Shown here: piece by piece, positions 26,209 through 39,283 of the stretch
How the letters are laid out: each line of letters begins with the position of its first letter
Position numbering within the stretch: position 1 is the first letter of the stretch
Assembly: GCA_951406725.2 (NCBI GenBank)
Contig: OX597820.1
Span: 7,750,001-7,814,000 of the forward strand
Length of the DNA stretch: 64,000 nt
Direction: 5' to 3'
Origin: Octopus vulgaris
Lineage: Eukaryota
Position numbers and translations under genes: made by a program
Notes under the pieces: model-generated
Database searches by the model: none
Seen by the model: only the letters and a program-made list of their open reading frames with translations
What the model was told of the DNA's origin: nothing

Positions 26209-26256
26209 GTCTCTGATGAAGGGATATTCCTAATATCCCAGAAACAGCTGTAAGAC
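26209..26256 (+). ncRNA. Type I hammerhead ribozyme (PLE-type)
   Basis: GUCU-CUGAUGA-A GGGAUAUU CCU AAUAUCCC A-GAAA-CAGCUG-UA-AGAC: 4-bp stem I, 8-bp stem II, palindromic stem III ACAGCUGU, GUA triplet. Confidence 0.85.
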
Positions 26257-26949
26257 TAACTTTCTCTTTATAAATGTCTTGAAAATTCCACACAGCCTTG
26301 GCTTTGTTGCGTCATTTTATTTAACACACACACACACACGCACACACATACACACACCCACTCACGTAGAAGTGTGGAGGTGTTTAGAGATGAATAACAC
26401 AGACAAAGGTGACACATAAAAAAAATAACTGAAAAACACTTAGTTGTCTGCATGTAGTAGGAGGGAAAGTGACGGGATGTCGACGTTAAGATGTGTGAAT
26501 AGAAAGATTCGACGCTGAGGTCATTGCGGTCTTGTGAGATGTTATTGTGCGGAATGCGGAAACTAGGAAAACGTAGATGTAGTAAAGTTAAAACAATATG
26601 CATAAGTATGTATGCATGTGACAGAGAGAAAGAGAGAAAGACAGACAGAGTATGTGTGTGTGTGTGTAAGATTTTTTGCTTAGATATACAGAAAAATATA
26701 CAGCTTCATTGCTCTGCATAAATGTTTATAAACTTGCAGAGAAAAAAATATTTGTGGAACTTTAAATGTCTGGAGACGTGCGACTGGCGAAGAGGTACAA
26801 ACAACATTAAAGTAAGACTAGGGGTTTTGGGGGAAGTAGCAATGAATTGATAAGGGATTCTCTCAGGGAATAACGAAACTAGAATCTATAATTAGATAAG
26901 GGTGGTTTACAGTAACAAAGCAAATACCAGGGTTCGCATACAAAAGTGC

Positions 26950-27330
26950 ATAGCAGCTCTTTATGGATTCCAGACCGTTTCTGTCTTGCAATAATAGTGT
27001 GAATCTCTGCTAAATAAAGCTGGCATTTGATATTGGTTCTAGTTCCACCATTATTTATAAGCAGACAAGGAATCAAAAACAAACCATTTTTCCGACAATT
27101 CTTTAATAACAAATCACAGGAACGCAATTTCTCTTAAGCTTTCTATATACCCAAAATGAAGCGGAGTTCTGAGACAAGTCTTCAAATGTTGTTTGGGGAT
27201 TGAATCTATAAACGCTGAGTAACGAAATGTGAAGCTATCAGCTAGCATAATGTTGGAATAACAGAATGGTTATTGGTTATACTTCGGTCAATTTTAAAAG
27301 AACACTTTGCCAATCCAAGGCGTGTATACC
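26950..27330 (+). pseudogene. Possible very decayed PLE linker/GIY-YIG relic
   Basis: Weak collinear motifs LVPPLF (cf. WFNPPF), NVKLSASIM (cf. TVKVSYSCM) and VIGYTSVNFKR (cf. YIGxT..FKxR). Confidence 0.3.
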
Positions 27331-27520
27331 AAAAAGACATGTCATAACCCTCACAGGGTGAATAATAATTTATTTGCAGAAAAGAGAAGTCAAATCAATG
27401 TCACGCGCGTTTCGATGGACAAATGCCATTTATTTCATATTACATACGAAATGATGCAATTTTCGGAACCCATTTTTGTGTTCGTTCACTTCTTCAGGCA
27501 TTTTCATTTGAATCACCATC

Positions 27521-27960
27521 AAGGAATTACAACCGTGTTTCGTGGTCTGCTACCACAACAGCTCCTTTATAGGATCCAGTTAGCTCAAGACATCATCAGG
27601 AGGAACCACGTCCGGTTTCGGCCCCTACTCCTCTACCGTTTTGACGTGGCGCCCATCACCCTTCCTTTCGGAGGTGTCTTCAGCTCTGGTGTTGGGTGCA
27701 TGCGTTCTTTCTTCTGTTCCCTAGCCTCTTCGATGTATCGTCAACGAGTGTCAGCCGGTGACTGACTGACTTGTCAAATGTTTCCCTTTAAATACCTGCC
27801 GCTAGGCTCCAGCAGGCAGCCCCAGCAAGTTGTCAGGTGACACTGTCTTACCTTAACTCACTAATGAAGGTGCGTAGTCTTAGCCCGCGCATTCTCTAAA
27901 CGACCGTCACCTGTCAGTCAGAAAATCTGCAATTCAGGAGGATTTTTCACTGCTTCATGG
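27521..27960 (-). mobile_element. pLTR-like repeat: TATA-like box (minus-strand GGTATTTAAAGGG near 27790) upstream of tandem hammerhead-like motifs
   Basis: Inverted homolog of 15235-15390; GC-richer island. Confidence 0.6.
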
Positions 27961-28451
27961 GTCTTGCAATAACTCAGCAAACAGAAAAGAATATAAATCT
28001 TAATTTATCCCATCAGCTCCTTGGTATTCGTCAGACAATGTTTAATAAAAACAAAATACCGCCTACCTTTGGATGTGTATACCTATGGCTATATGTATAT
28101 TAAGGGAGAGGACGAAAGAAGGAGAGAAAGGGTGAGTGAAAGAGTGAAAATGATTAGAGGCTAGCGTATCGCTAAGATCTTTTGTCATTGTATTCGTCTT
28201 AACTTTCTGATCAGATTCCATTCAAGTTTGTCTGTGGAAATTGACATAGAGCGGTGAAAATTCATCCTGCATTGCGGGTTTATTTCATAAATTAATTGTA
28301 ATTCAAATAAAGAGGTTTAAGTGAAAGAGCACAAAGTTTACTGCAAGAATTGCAGAACTTCGTATGTAATATTAAATAAATCACTTTCATTCACCGAAAC
28401 GTGCGTAACATTGAATTGACTTCTCCTTTCTGCAATTAATATACATATTTA

Positions 28452-28641
<190 letters not shown>

Positions 28642-28739
28642 AAAACGTAAACACACCACTACCGGTTTTCAAACGGTGGTCTGGGAAAACTCAGACACAA
28701 AAGTTCACATACACACACACACACACACACACATATTCG

Positions 28740-29175
28740 TTTTGCAACATTCTTGATGTGAATTCGTGTGTTGAAACAGATATTATTGTATTTGGAGATG
28801 GTCATGTTGCCAGTTTAGACATTAAAAACACACGCACTGAATATTTGGTGTTCACTTGCTTCAGCTTTATTTCATTTCAATCGTATTTCGGCCAAATAAA
28901 CAAAATTAATAAAAGCAAATCAAATGAACGTTTGTAAACAGGGGATATTGATAATACAGGCACTTTCTTCCCCCATACCCACTTACTAAACATAGACACA
29001 CAGGGATATACGCATGCGCAAATAAAGACACATGCAATAGAAATACGAAAAGGCAAGACACACAAGAAAGAAAGAAGAAAGTAAAGGGCTACTGATGCGG
29101 TCACAGAAGCGTGGCGAAAGAACTCTGGCCGAAATACGATTAAAATAAAGCTGAAGCAAGTGAACGCCAAATATA
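28740..29175. mobile_element. Element with ~50-bp inverted repeats (28841-28893 / 29126-29175) and degenerate hammerhead-like motif CTGATGC-GGTCA...TGGCC-GAAA
   Basis: ATATTTGGTGTTCACTTGCTTCAGCTTTATTT..AATCGTATTTCGGCCA vs TGGCCGAAATACGATTAAAATAAAGCTGAAGCAAGTGAACGCCAAATAT. Confidence 0.65.
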
Positions 29176-30104
29176 TATATATAGTGTGTGTGTGTGTGTG
29201 TGAAACTCTCCTCACACTTATTTTTCACCTTCGGGTTTATAGTGCAGATTCGTAGGCTCGAACCGGGGACTGCATGGTTGCAAAGCGAACTTGTTAACGA
29301 TATTTAACTTAATCAACAGACAAAAATGACTGAAGCAGATCAAGGAGAGAATAATTCGGAATTGAGACACAGGCAGACAGAAAGAACTCAAAGAAACTAC
29401 GCGAAAGAATCAGCGATTCGAGTGGGGGTGGCGGGCGGAGGAGGAGGAGGAGGAATTGGTAAACTTATTTAAAAGAAAATAACTGCATTTCCTTCAGAGT
29501 TGTGTGGATTAAAGAGAGCGAGGGTGGGGAAGAGATTGTGATGAAGAGAGAGTAAAAGAAAGAGGGAGAGAGAGAGAGAGGAATGCTACTATTATGATCT
29601 GTTCGAATTATTAAACTGGGGACATAGCCAGAAAAGAGCTAGGGGTCAACGCCAAATTGAACTTTTAATTTCCGATTGGTTCTGACTTCGATTTGTAAAA
29701 CCAAGCCATCCCAACTTTTCCACAGACCAGTTCAGTATTTCTGCCCCCACACCAACCCCCCAACCCCTTTTCTTTTTTGACATTTCCTGATCTCCTCCAA
29801 TGGTTTCGCATTCATATTTTTGACTTTTCTCTTTTTGCGACAAACATCAAATGGTTTAGTTTTGAGATTTGATTGAGTTAGTAATTGTCTTCCTCATTTA
29901 GTTATATTACTACTACTGCTGCTGCTGTTGTTGTTGTTGTTGTTGTAATAGTATTTAGTATTGTTGTTGGTCACGTGAAGCTATTTTGCTGGTTCTTTTT
30001 TTTCCTTTTTCTTTTTGGTATGAAAAAAAATATTTTGATTTTTTTGCTTTTCAGAATTATGCAATATAAATCATTCATGATTTTGTCTTCCTATTTGTTC
30101 AACT

Positions 30105-30185
<81 letters not shown>

Positions 30186-30890
30186 TGTGTACGTGTGTGT
30201 GTGTGTGTGTGCGTGTGATTAAAATCTACTACACGGAAATTATAGCTGAATCACGTTGCATTTCCACAGAGGTAGACAAACGTAGATACGTAAAGAGAGG
30301 TGCGCGTATGTATGTATGCGCGTGTGCATTATATATATATATATTCTTTGTATCTTTCATATTTTATTTTACACCTACACACACACACATATATATACAT
30401 ATAAAATACATATATACATATATAATACATATATACTTACATATATTTATATCATATAATACATATATATTACATTATATGTATACATATATACATATAT
30501 ATTACATTATATATATATATATGAATGTATATGTATATATATATATATATCAGATGTGATTCTCCATCAGCCAAGTTTCAATCACACGTTTGCTCAAAAG
30601 TAACGCGCAGTTGAATTGAATCGATCGCAGATAATTGTGACATGTGTGTGGTTGTGTGTGTTGACGCATGCCTGTGTATGTTTTTGCACTTGTGTGAATA
30701 TGAGTGTTTGTGCGCACGCGAATGTGTGTGTAGGTGTGTGCGTGTGTGTGTTTGTGTGTGTGTGCAGCCGTGCGTGTAGAGTGTCTTATTCCCGGAACGT
30801 CTCCACGAAGAAGAAACATCCAGCTTCTAGCCTTAAAACGATACTCATGGGAATTTAGACAGCATCATACAGGATAGCCTTGTGTGTGTG

Positions 30891-31120
30891 TATGCATGTA
30901 TGTATGTATGTATGTATGTATGTATGTATGTATGTATGTATGTATGTATGTATGTACGTTGTATGTATGTATGTATGTATGTATGTATGTATGTATGTAT
31001 GTATGTATGTATGTATGTATGTATGTATGTATGTATGTATGTATGTATGTATGTATGTATGTATGTATGTATGTACGTTTGTGTGTATGTATGTATGTAT
31101 GTATGTATGTCTGTATGTAC

Positions 31121-31152
<32 letters not shown>

Positions 31153-31182
31153 ATGTATGTTTGTATGTATGTATGTTTGTAT
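30891..31182. repeat. (TATG)n microsatellite
   Basis: Directly visible. Confidence 0.97.
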
Positions 31183-31980
31183 GTTTAAAATGCGATGAAG
31201 GCATTTTTGGTAGAATTGTTCTAACAATTTAAAATGCCTTTCATAAGTCCATGTTTCACAAGAATACAACAGGAATGGTAAAACAAATGATCTGCAAAGA
31301 CCCAGCTTTGTATTCCTATTTATATGTCGCTGGCACCAAACGCGTGATTCGAAGCCACGAAATGCCTTTGCTGCCCTTTGAATTCGCAGCTGTATTTCTG
31401 TATCAAGATTTCCATCAATTTATACAGAGCTTCCAAGGTAGATGAGGACGACTGTGAAGTCATTCGGAATGGATCCAGAAGACATTGAAACTCTTGATTC
31501 GGATCGAGTTGGATGGCGAACAAACGTGTGTAGTTGAGTGAAATCATTTGAAGAGGCCAGGATAATGTATGTAAGACTGAAAAGAGATTTAAGGAAGAAT
31601 GTTACGATCGAGAAGCTGAATCAGAATGACCTTTTTGTGTGCACATTTTGTGACAGACAATGCCTTTATTTTGCTGGGATCAAATCTCATTGGCGAACCC
31701 TTGGAAAACGAACCTCCACTAACTATTCTGCCAATATGTCTGTGCACACCTTTCAATACAAGGTTTACAAATCCAGCGGAGGCCTCAAAAGACAGTTTAA
31801 GATCCACAAAGATCAGAACTTATCTGTAGCTCTTGGTTTTCCAAATCGGATATGCAATCTATGTGGGTCTCTTTTCAGAACATTGTCTGGTTTAAAAAGC
31901 GACATGAGATGCCATGATGGGACTAAAGTGTAGCTACAGGAGTTGGTCAAACTCTGTATAACGAGTAGACAACCATCACA
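31183..31980 (+). pseudogene. 5'-truncated RTE-clade LINE with inverted 5' segment (31183-31445 minus; ~31440-31980 plus)
   Basis: Minus: IYLGSSV*IDGNLDTEIQLRIQRAAKAF...RVW...TKL...LLYSCETWTYERHFKLLEQFYQKCLHRILNI. Plus: DRVGWR...FEEAR...CTFCDRQC..GIKSH...CNLCG..LSGLKS (C2H2 fingers). Confidence 0.85.
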
Positions 31981-32084
31981 TATGTATGTATGTATGTATG
32001 AACGTGTGTATGTATGCGTGTACATATGTATGCATGTACGTTTGTATGCATGTACGTGTGTATGTATATATATATATATATATC

Positions 32085-33170
32085 ATTATTCAGTTTCATT
32101 TCAAGATTTCTTGCCAATAGAGCCAGATATTAACCTAGATTCAAGGCTCCCTCATCGGAATTTCAACATCAACAACAGGGTACTTGTATGTATGTATGTA
32201 TGTATGTATGTATGTATACATTTATGTATGTATTCACATGCTTATAGCTACATATCTAGACATACTCGTATAAACTTAAATGATAAACTTCTGGAAAGTT
32301 ATACAGATTTTTACAGTTCCAGTGATGGATTGGATATTTAGTCTTCGAATCAACTTTCTTCTTTCTGGTTTTGAGAAGCCTAATTTCTCAAGGCAGTGAG
32401 TTACATAGACCAGCACCCCAATAGTTACAGGTATAAACCTGAACTTGTAATTTGAATACTGTAGCTTAGATTCCTGCATAGTTCAGCACAGGTGTTCTCT
32501 TTTTCGCTGATCTTCAGCTTTACGTTAACATCCGGTGGGCAGTTGATTTCCACAACTGTACACACCGTATCTCTTCTTTACCCAAAATTACTATGTCAGG
32601 CATAGTGATTTTGGCTTCTGTCATACGGTAGGCTCTTATTTATTTCTCCTCGGTGTCATCCTTCCGGCGGATCTCATTACACAGCGTCTATCTACATTAT
32701 CATGTCTCATTGCTAGATAATACCGTGATGACATTTTCGGACAACTGCTTATTACGTGGCTGATATCTTCGGTGTTTATTCCACAAAGCCTGCATCGATC
32801 TTCACATTGTACTGTTTTTCCTGCATCTCTCTCCCTTTCGTACTTCAGGTATTTGATTGATATTTTCTGTTCCTGGATTGCAAACACAAACCCTTCAAAG
32901 TGGGAGGTATTAATCCGGTTGTTGGTCCATGATAGACTGCTTTGATCATCAATGTTATTATCATTTCGGAGCTTTCTACTAACATATCCACGCACGGTCT
33001 TCTGCTGGTATAGGCTCATCCTTTCATCTGATGATACGTTGCAGTAGATCCGTGCAGTATGTATTTAAAGTTATCAGACAAGGAATGCTGCTCAAGGAGC
33101 TGCCTTCTAAGTCTCATAATGTTATCAGCCTCATGTATGCAATCATTCCCAGCAAAACAAGCTGAGAGTT
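32085..33170 (-). pseudogene. RLE-type non-LTR retrotransposon 3' part (NeSL/R4-like) with (CATA)n-containing 3' UTR
   Basis: HFEGFVFAIQEQ, CRLC..EDISHVISSCPKMSSRYYLAMRHD, FIPVTIGVL..GTVKIC; 3' UTR shared with 43633-43895. Confidence 0.85.
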
Positions 33171-33179
33171 TTCATCACA

Positions 33180-33808
<629 letters not shown>

Positions 33809-33825
33809 TAATAATAATAATAATA

Positions 33826-34092
33826 ATAAATAGAGGTAACTAGAATGTAGAATCTAAAAACAGAAACAATTCCTATCATAGTAGGCATGATAAAAAAAAA
33901 TATTCAGACAAATACATAACAAAAACACCAGGACTTACAAACACATATAACATACAGAAAATTGCACTACTAGGCACTGCACACATCCTACGCAGAACAC
34001 TTTCAATACAGTAACCATCAGAGCATCACAACAAATCACAGCACATACCCAAGGTACACAGAGCTGCGCTCGGTAGTGAAGTGAAAGCACGT
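33826..34092 (+). pseudogene. Second R4/Dong-like family 3' end between (TAA)n tracts
   Basis: KIEVTRM*NLKTETIPIIVG...IQKIALLGTAHILRRTLSIQ*. Confidence 0.85.
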
Positions 34093-34151
<59 letters not shown>

Positions 34152-34172
34152 TAATAATAATAAAAATAGTAA

Positions 34173-34715
34173 GTAACGATACTCTGGGACTGTGATTTTC
34201 AGACGGATCGTGTAATCGAACACCGTCGGCCGTATATTGTCATATTGAATAAGAGAGACAAATACTGTCAGATCATTGATGTAGCCATACCAAATGACAT
34301 GAATGTTGTGAGTAAAGAGGTTGAAAAAAATCACCAAGAACTCTGAACTGAAAGTAGAAATGGTAAAACAGTATGGAATAGGAGAGGGTAAAATTGATAC
34401 CAGTAGTGATCGGAGCATTGAGCTCAATCTCACTCGCCCCAGGACGCTGGGTGTGTTTCGGCAAGTGATTGTAACAAACATGCAGATTAAAAATAAGTAA
34501 GAAGTTTTGAAGTTTCAATGAGATTGAGCTCAACGCTCCGATCACTACTGGTATCAATTTTACCCTCTCCTTCTTTTTTTCGATGTCTTGCAAAAAGCAG
34601 CCTTATTGGGCACAGCGCACATCTTAAGGAAAGTATTATCTGTCTGAAGTTCTTGCTGTGACTTGACAGATGACTAAAGACTCCGATGCACTTTTACCTA
34701 CACTGTGTTATGAAG

Positions 34716-34716
<1 letters not shown>
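34173..34716 (+). pseudogene. Rearranged duplicate of 33318-33752 with a 65-bp insertion (34433-34497) and an inverted duplication (34498-34571)
   Basis: Same 5' start AGTAACGATACTCTGGGACTG and same 3' end; 34498-34571 is the reverse complement of the preceding segment. Confidence 0.85.
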
Positions 34717-34789
<73 letters not shown>

Positions 34790-34791
<2 letters not shown>

Positions 34792-35290
34792 CCACCTCAT
34801 CTCAGATTCTCCTGTGCTGACACCAAACGAATACAAAAATCGCCACGGTAGCGTAGGACAGTATTTACATTGGAAAATATGTAAACACTACAAAATCGGC
34901 ACTCCTACTTATCCAGAGCCAATCGCTGAAGGTAAAAATGTTACTGTCCTTTGGGACTTCTCAGCCAACACCGACAGAACGAATCAGGCTGATCGACCAG
35001 ACATAGTCATTAAAGACAGGGAAGAAAAAACTTGTAGACTAATAGATGTAAGAGCTCCCACTGATAAAAATATATTTGTAAAGGAATTTGACAAATAAAG
35101 TAAATATAAGGACCTGGAAATTGAATTACAAAAGGTGTGGCATCTTAAAGCGAGAACTGCTCCTATTATTGTGGGTGATGCCAAAGATATCTTGATAATA
35201 TCCCAGGAGAACCATGTCTCAGAGAAATCCAAAAGATTGTGCTGACAGGTACTGTCCGTATCCGTAAATAAAAAAACTTATCCATTTAAA
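34790..35290 (+). pseudogene. Third R4/Dong-like family 3' fragment
   Basis: HLIS..PVLTPNEYKNRH..LHWKIC..VLWDF..TDRT..DRPDIVIKD..LIDVRAP.DKNI..KE.DK..KYKDLEIE. Confidence 0.88.
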
Positions 35291-35385
35291 TGTCTCTGTT
35301 GTATTAGATGAAGAAATTTTGCTACTGCCCCTGCCGCTTCCTTTACCCAAGCTTTCACTTATACTGTAACATTTCTTATTCTTCA

Positions 35386-35471
35386 CTCGCCCCAGGACGC
35401 TGGGTGTGTTTCGGCAAGTGATTGTAACAAGCATGCAGATTAAAAATAAGTAATAATAATAAGACTACTGA

Positions 35472-35518
<47 letters not shown>

Positions 35519-35653
35519 CCTTTCTGCTATAAGTGTAAGGCCTGAAATTCGGGTGAGGGGGGAATTCGATTAGATCGATCCCAGTATTCATTCGCCCTAG
35601 GACGCTGGGGGTGTTTCGGCAAGTCATTGTAACAAACATGCAGATTAAAAATA
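35386..35653 (+). mobile_element. Two further copies (35386-35448, 35592-35653) of a ~65-bp TAA-tailed terminus, with a SINE C tail fragment (35518-35586, minus) between them
   Basis: TCGCCCCAGGACGCTGGGTGTGTTTCGGCAAGTGATTGTAACAAACATGCAGATTAAAAATAA, also at 34433. Confidence 0.75.
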
Positions 35654-35707
35654 AATAATAATAAGACTACTGAATAATAATAATGATAATAATAATAATA
35701 ATAATAA

Positions 35708-35738
<31 letters not shown>

Positions 35739-36623
35739 AAGAAGAAAAAGAAGAAGAAGAAGAAGAAGAAGAAGAAGAAGAAGAAGAAAGATTATAATAA
35801 TAATAATGAAGTGAACACCAACTATATAGTGCTTGTGTTTGCTTGGCAAATATATAACTATCCCCAAACGTAACACTATACATAAATACATATATACGTA
35901 AGAGTACAACTACTTATGTACGCTAAGGATATGCATGTGCGCATGCCCACATGTACATAGGTATAGGTATGAATGTCGCTGCAAATGCAAATCTTATTAT
36001 TAGCTGAACTTAATGAATATTTTAGATGTGTTGCCAGTACCTTTGAAATCTTATGGCTGTAACCTACGGATTAGTCGCGTTCTTTTATGTTTTGCGAATA
36101 CCAGCTTCTCAAGAATGGTACTGCGGCAATTTGTCATCTAACAAAGTACTTATTATTATGACCTGTTGCTATCGAGTTGATGATTGGTTTCAGTATTTAT
36201 TAGAATATTTCCTATTGCTGATGTTGCAGTATATATCTTTGATGCCGACAGCAATATCTTTTGTCCTGTTCCTGCATTTGTTTGTCAGGGATTTTCATCA
36301 ATGATATTGCAACGCTTATGGGCATTTCTGGACTCATATGTGAAATAGTAAATTAGTGCTGCCAACGTAATATTCGCCATATTTGAGGCACCGGATTTTG
36401 TATACGATATAAATATACGGCCACAAGTTTTCAGTTTCCCTCTACCAAATCCACCCGCAAGGCTTTACTAAAACCTGGACTACAGTAGAAGGTACTAGCC
36501 CAAAGTGTTACGCAGTGAGACTGAACCAGGAATCAAATAATTCCTATTCAAACATCATAGAACCGACGTTCATTGCAAATCTTTCATAAATATGGTTATA
36601 TATATATATATGCGTATATAGAC

Positions 36624-36684
<61 letters not shown>

Positions 36685-36685
<1 letters not shown>

Positions 36686-37190
36686 TTCTTTATTAGCCAC
36701 ACAGGGCTGCACACAGACGGGACAGATTACAAAATAGAGCTTTTACTTTTGGGGGAGAAAAAACGTGGGGTAGGTTTTCGATCAAAAGGGATCGTAAAAG
36801 GGAAAGAGAAAAAAGGGGAAAGAAAAAAGAAAAAGAAAAAACAATCAATAGGGATCGTGTATCACAGAAATGTCATGATGTAAAGTGTAAAGGGGGAAGC
36901 AGATAAGGTTTATCCGTGGAAAGAAAAGCCTACATGAAAGACCACGGTAACCTCGGTCAATGATGTTACATGTTACCACATTTGTTTGCAAGTAGGTAAC
37001 CCTCTGTTTTAAATTTTTCCGGATTCATAGGATTATGCTCAAGGTGGCATCGTCATTCATACGTGCCATCTTTGCTACATTCACCCATCTTTTTTTGAAA
37101 CATTCGCTAGACAAAACTTGCCTCTCTACTCTCACTTTCCTTTTCAAGTGATACTTGAAGAAGTTGATGAGAGATTGACCAGAGAGGAGA
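36685..37190 (-). pseudogene. 3' end (ORF2 C-terminus plus 3' UTR) of a probable Tx1/L1-clade LINE
   Basis: Minus peptide LSGQSLINFFKYHLKRKVRVERQVLSSECFKKRWVNVA (Tx1-like R..E..F...W terminus); ends AATAAAGAAA before (CA)n. Confidence 0.6.
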
Positions 37191-37205
37191 GTGTTTGTCT
37201 TATAT

Positions 37206-37253
<48 letters not shown>

Positions 37254-37389
37254 GTGTATAAACAATTTTAAGTATTTATACACGAAAGAGGTGATCTTTG
37301 ACAGGACATATTACATGCTAGAAAGGGCCATCAAAGCCCAAATCACGAGTAAAAGCGATTTCAAGGGGAATGAAAATAAAAATATTTTT

Positions 37390-37718
37390 GTAGTTACCCT
37401 CAAACTTAAGTTTGACGGGTATGTTCCACAGTATTCCTTGTGTTGATATTTGTGTATGTTCAATAACAACGGGATTCTCTATACTTATTCCAGGACAGTC
37501 TTTTTTACGAATGGCACTTTATATTGTTTTTTTTGATAATGTCATATCGCATGGGGAGGTTATTTTGGGGCAACTGCTAATCACATATGTCTTCCACAGA
37601 AATATGACATAATATGGATTTTCGGTTTGCATTTTGGAGCACCGAGGGCTTCAATCTATTTTGTTTACTAAGAATTTCGTAGCAATCTCCTGTTCTTGGA
37701 TTGCAAGTGTGATGTAAG
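37390..37718 (-). pseudogene. Decayed RLE-type LINE fragment, same group as 32085-33170
   Basis: LAIQEQEIATKFL...LCHISVEDI...LPMRYD...LWNIPVK. Confidence 0.7.
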
Positions 37719-37863
37719 TATTATGTATGCATGTTTGTTTGAATGTATGTATGTATATGACAATAAATTCAGAATGTATTATTTATGGTTAATGTCCATG
37801 TAGAAAGTAGAACCAAAATCGGGAAGTCTTGTATGTACCATATTACAACGTCGTTTTATATGT

Positions 37864-37897
<34 letters not shown>

Positions 37898-37898
<1 letters not shown>

Positions 37899-38082
37899 GG
37901 AAGAGTTCACGAAAAAAAGACAAACAGACGAAGACAGGTGGTGTACAAAACAAACAGATGTATTAGTATAACGGTCAGGAATAGAAAAAGTCTTTTACGT
38001 TTCGAGCCCACGCTCTTCTACAGAAAGGGAGACAGAAAAAGCAAGGAGAGACAAAATGTGTGTAGTGGCTAACGATCTATCA
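37898..38082 (-). mobile_element. Family D pLTR-like element with variant hammerhead (37992-38027)
   Basis: Minus strand CUUU-CUGUAGA-A GAGC GUGG GCUC-GAAAC-GUA-AAAG; four copies in the window. Confidence 0.8.
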
Positions 38083-38212
38083 TATATATATATATATCTT
38101 TCACCTCTAGTCTGAGACATGTCTAGCTATGTCTTTATAGGTGAGCCGTTTCATATTTCATGAGGAGGTATAAGAAAACTGGACAATGATGCGAGGTTTT
38201 ATGAGTGAGTGA

Positions 38213-38306
<94 letters not shown>

Positions 38307-38544
38307 ATGTGTGTGTGATAGTTTCGGACGTGGCAGGTTAGAAAATCGATGTATTTCCGATGCGGCACTCACTTCGAACACCTGGCTATCTACACTCTCA
38401 TATTATGACTTTGAAAACACTTCCAAGTCTACAGGTGAATGAATTCCAAGTATTCCTCTCGTCAAACCAGTATGTAAACATTCCGAAGTGTAAAACGTAG
38501 TATAAGAAGTCAAAGAATCAGTTTAGACAGACAGATAGATCGAT

Positions 38545-38995
38545 TGTGCGGTGAATAAACTGTCGTCTAAATTACGCAAAAATGAAAATAACACTGACAT
38601 CTCATTTTAACTGATATATTTACCAAAATTGCATAAAAATATTTTGAAGTACTAAAGAGTAAATTTATTCAATAAAATCACCATTGGTTTCAACCATGGC
38701 CTCCAGACGACTTCGGAATCTCCTGTAACTCTGCTGGATGGTCTCTTTGCTTAAGTTGATGAATGCTACCATAATCCTCACCTTCAGTTGATCTTTGGTG
38801 TTGCAAGGAGCTTTTTTTCTGGTCTCTCGCTCATAACAATCAAAGGGGTTGCATTGTGGGGAGTTAGGTGACCAGATTTTAGGGATGATGTGGTTGCAGA
38901 AATTGTCTGACAGCCATGACTGGGTTCTCTTGCTTGTGTGGGCATGGTGCAGAGTCCTGTTGCCAGAAATAGGGCCTTCCAGCAGCCATCCTCTT
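38545..38995 (-). pseudogene. 3' part of a DD37D (maT) transposase and element end
   Basis: FWQQDSAPC/HTSKRTQSWLSDNF...WSPNSPQCNPFD, with 37 residues between the Ds after frameshift repair; RFRSRLEAMVETNGDFIE*. Confidence 0.85.
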
Positions 38996-39039
38996 GTATG
39001 TACGTACATACATACATATATATACATATATATATATAT

Positions 39040-39247
39040 CGCCATGTTGACTCGCTAGCTTCTGCATGCATTTTTTTCTCTCCTTGTTTCTCTCCGTGTT
39101 TCTTTTCTGTGTATCTTTCTGTTGAAGAGCGTAGGCTCGAAACGTAAAAGACTTGTTTTATTTATATTCCTGAGCGCCATACTAATACAATTGTTTGTTT
39201 GTATTCCACTTGCCTTCGTCTTTTGTTTATTTTCATAAAGCTTCCCG

Positions 39248-39248
<1 letters not shown>
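39040..39248 (+). mobile_element. Family D element with variant hammerhead (39115-39150)
   Basis: CUUU-CUGUUGA-A GAGC GUAG GCUC-GAAAC-GUA-AAAG; (TA)n on both sides. Confidence 0.8.

Positions 39249-39283
<35 letters not shown>

Noticed and set aside
34433-35653. Three spaced copies of a 65-bp repeat, superficially CRISPR-like
   Set aside because: Irregular spacing, TAA tails, eukaryotic context and no cas genes; retroelement termini
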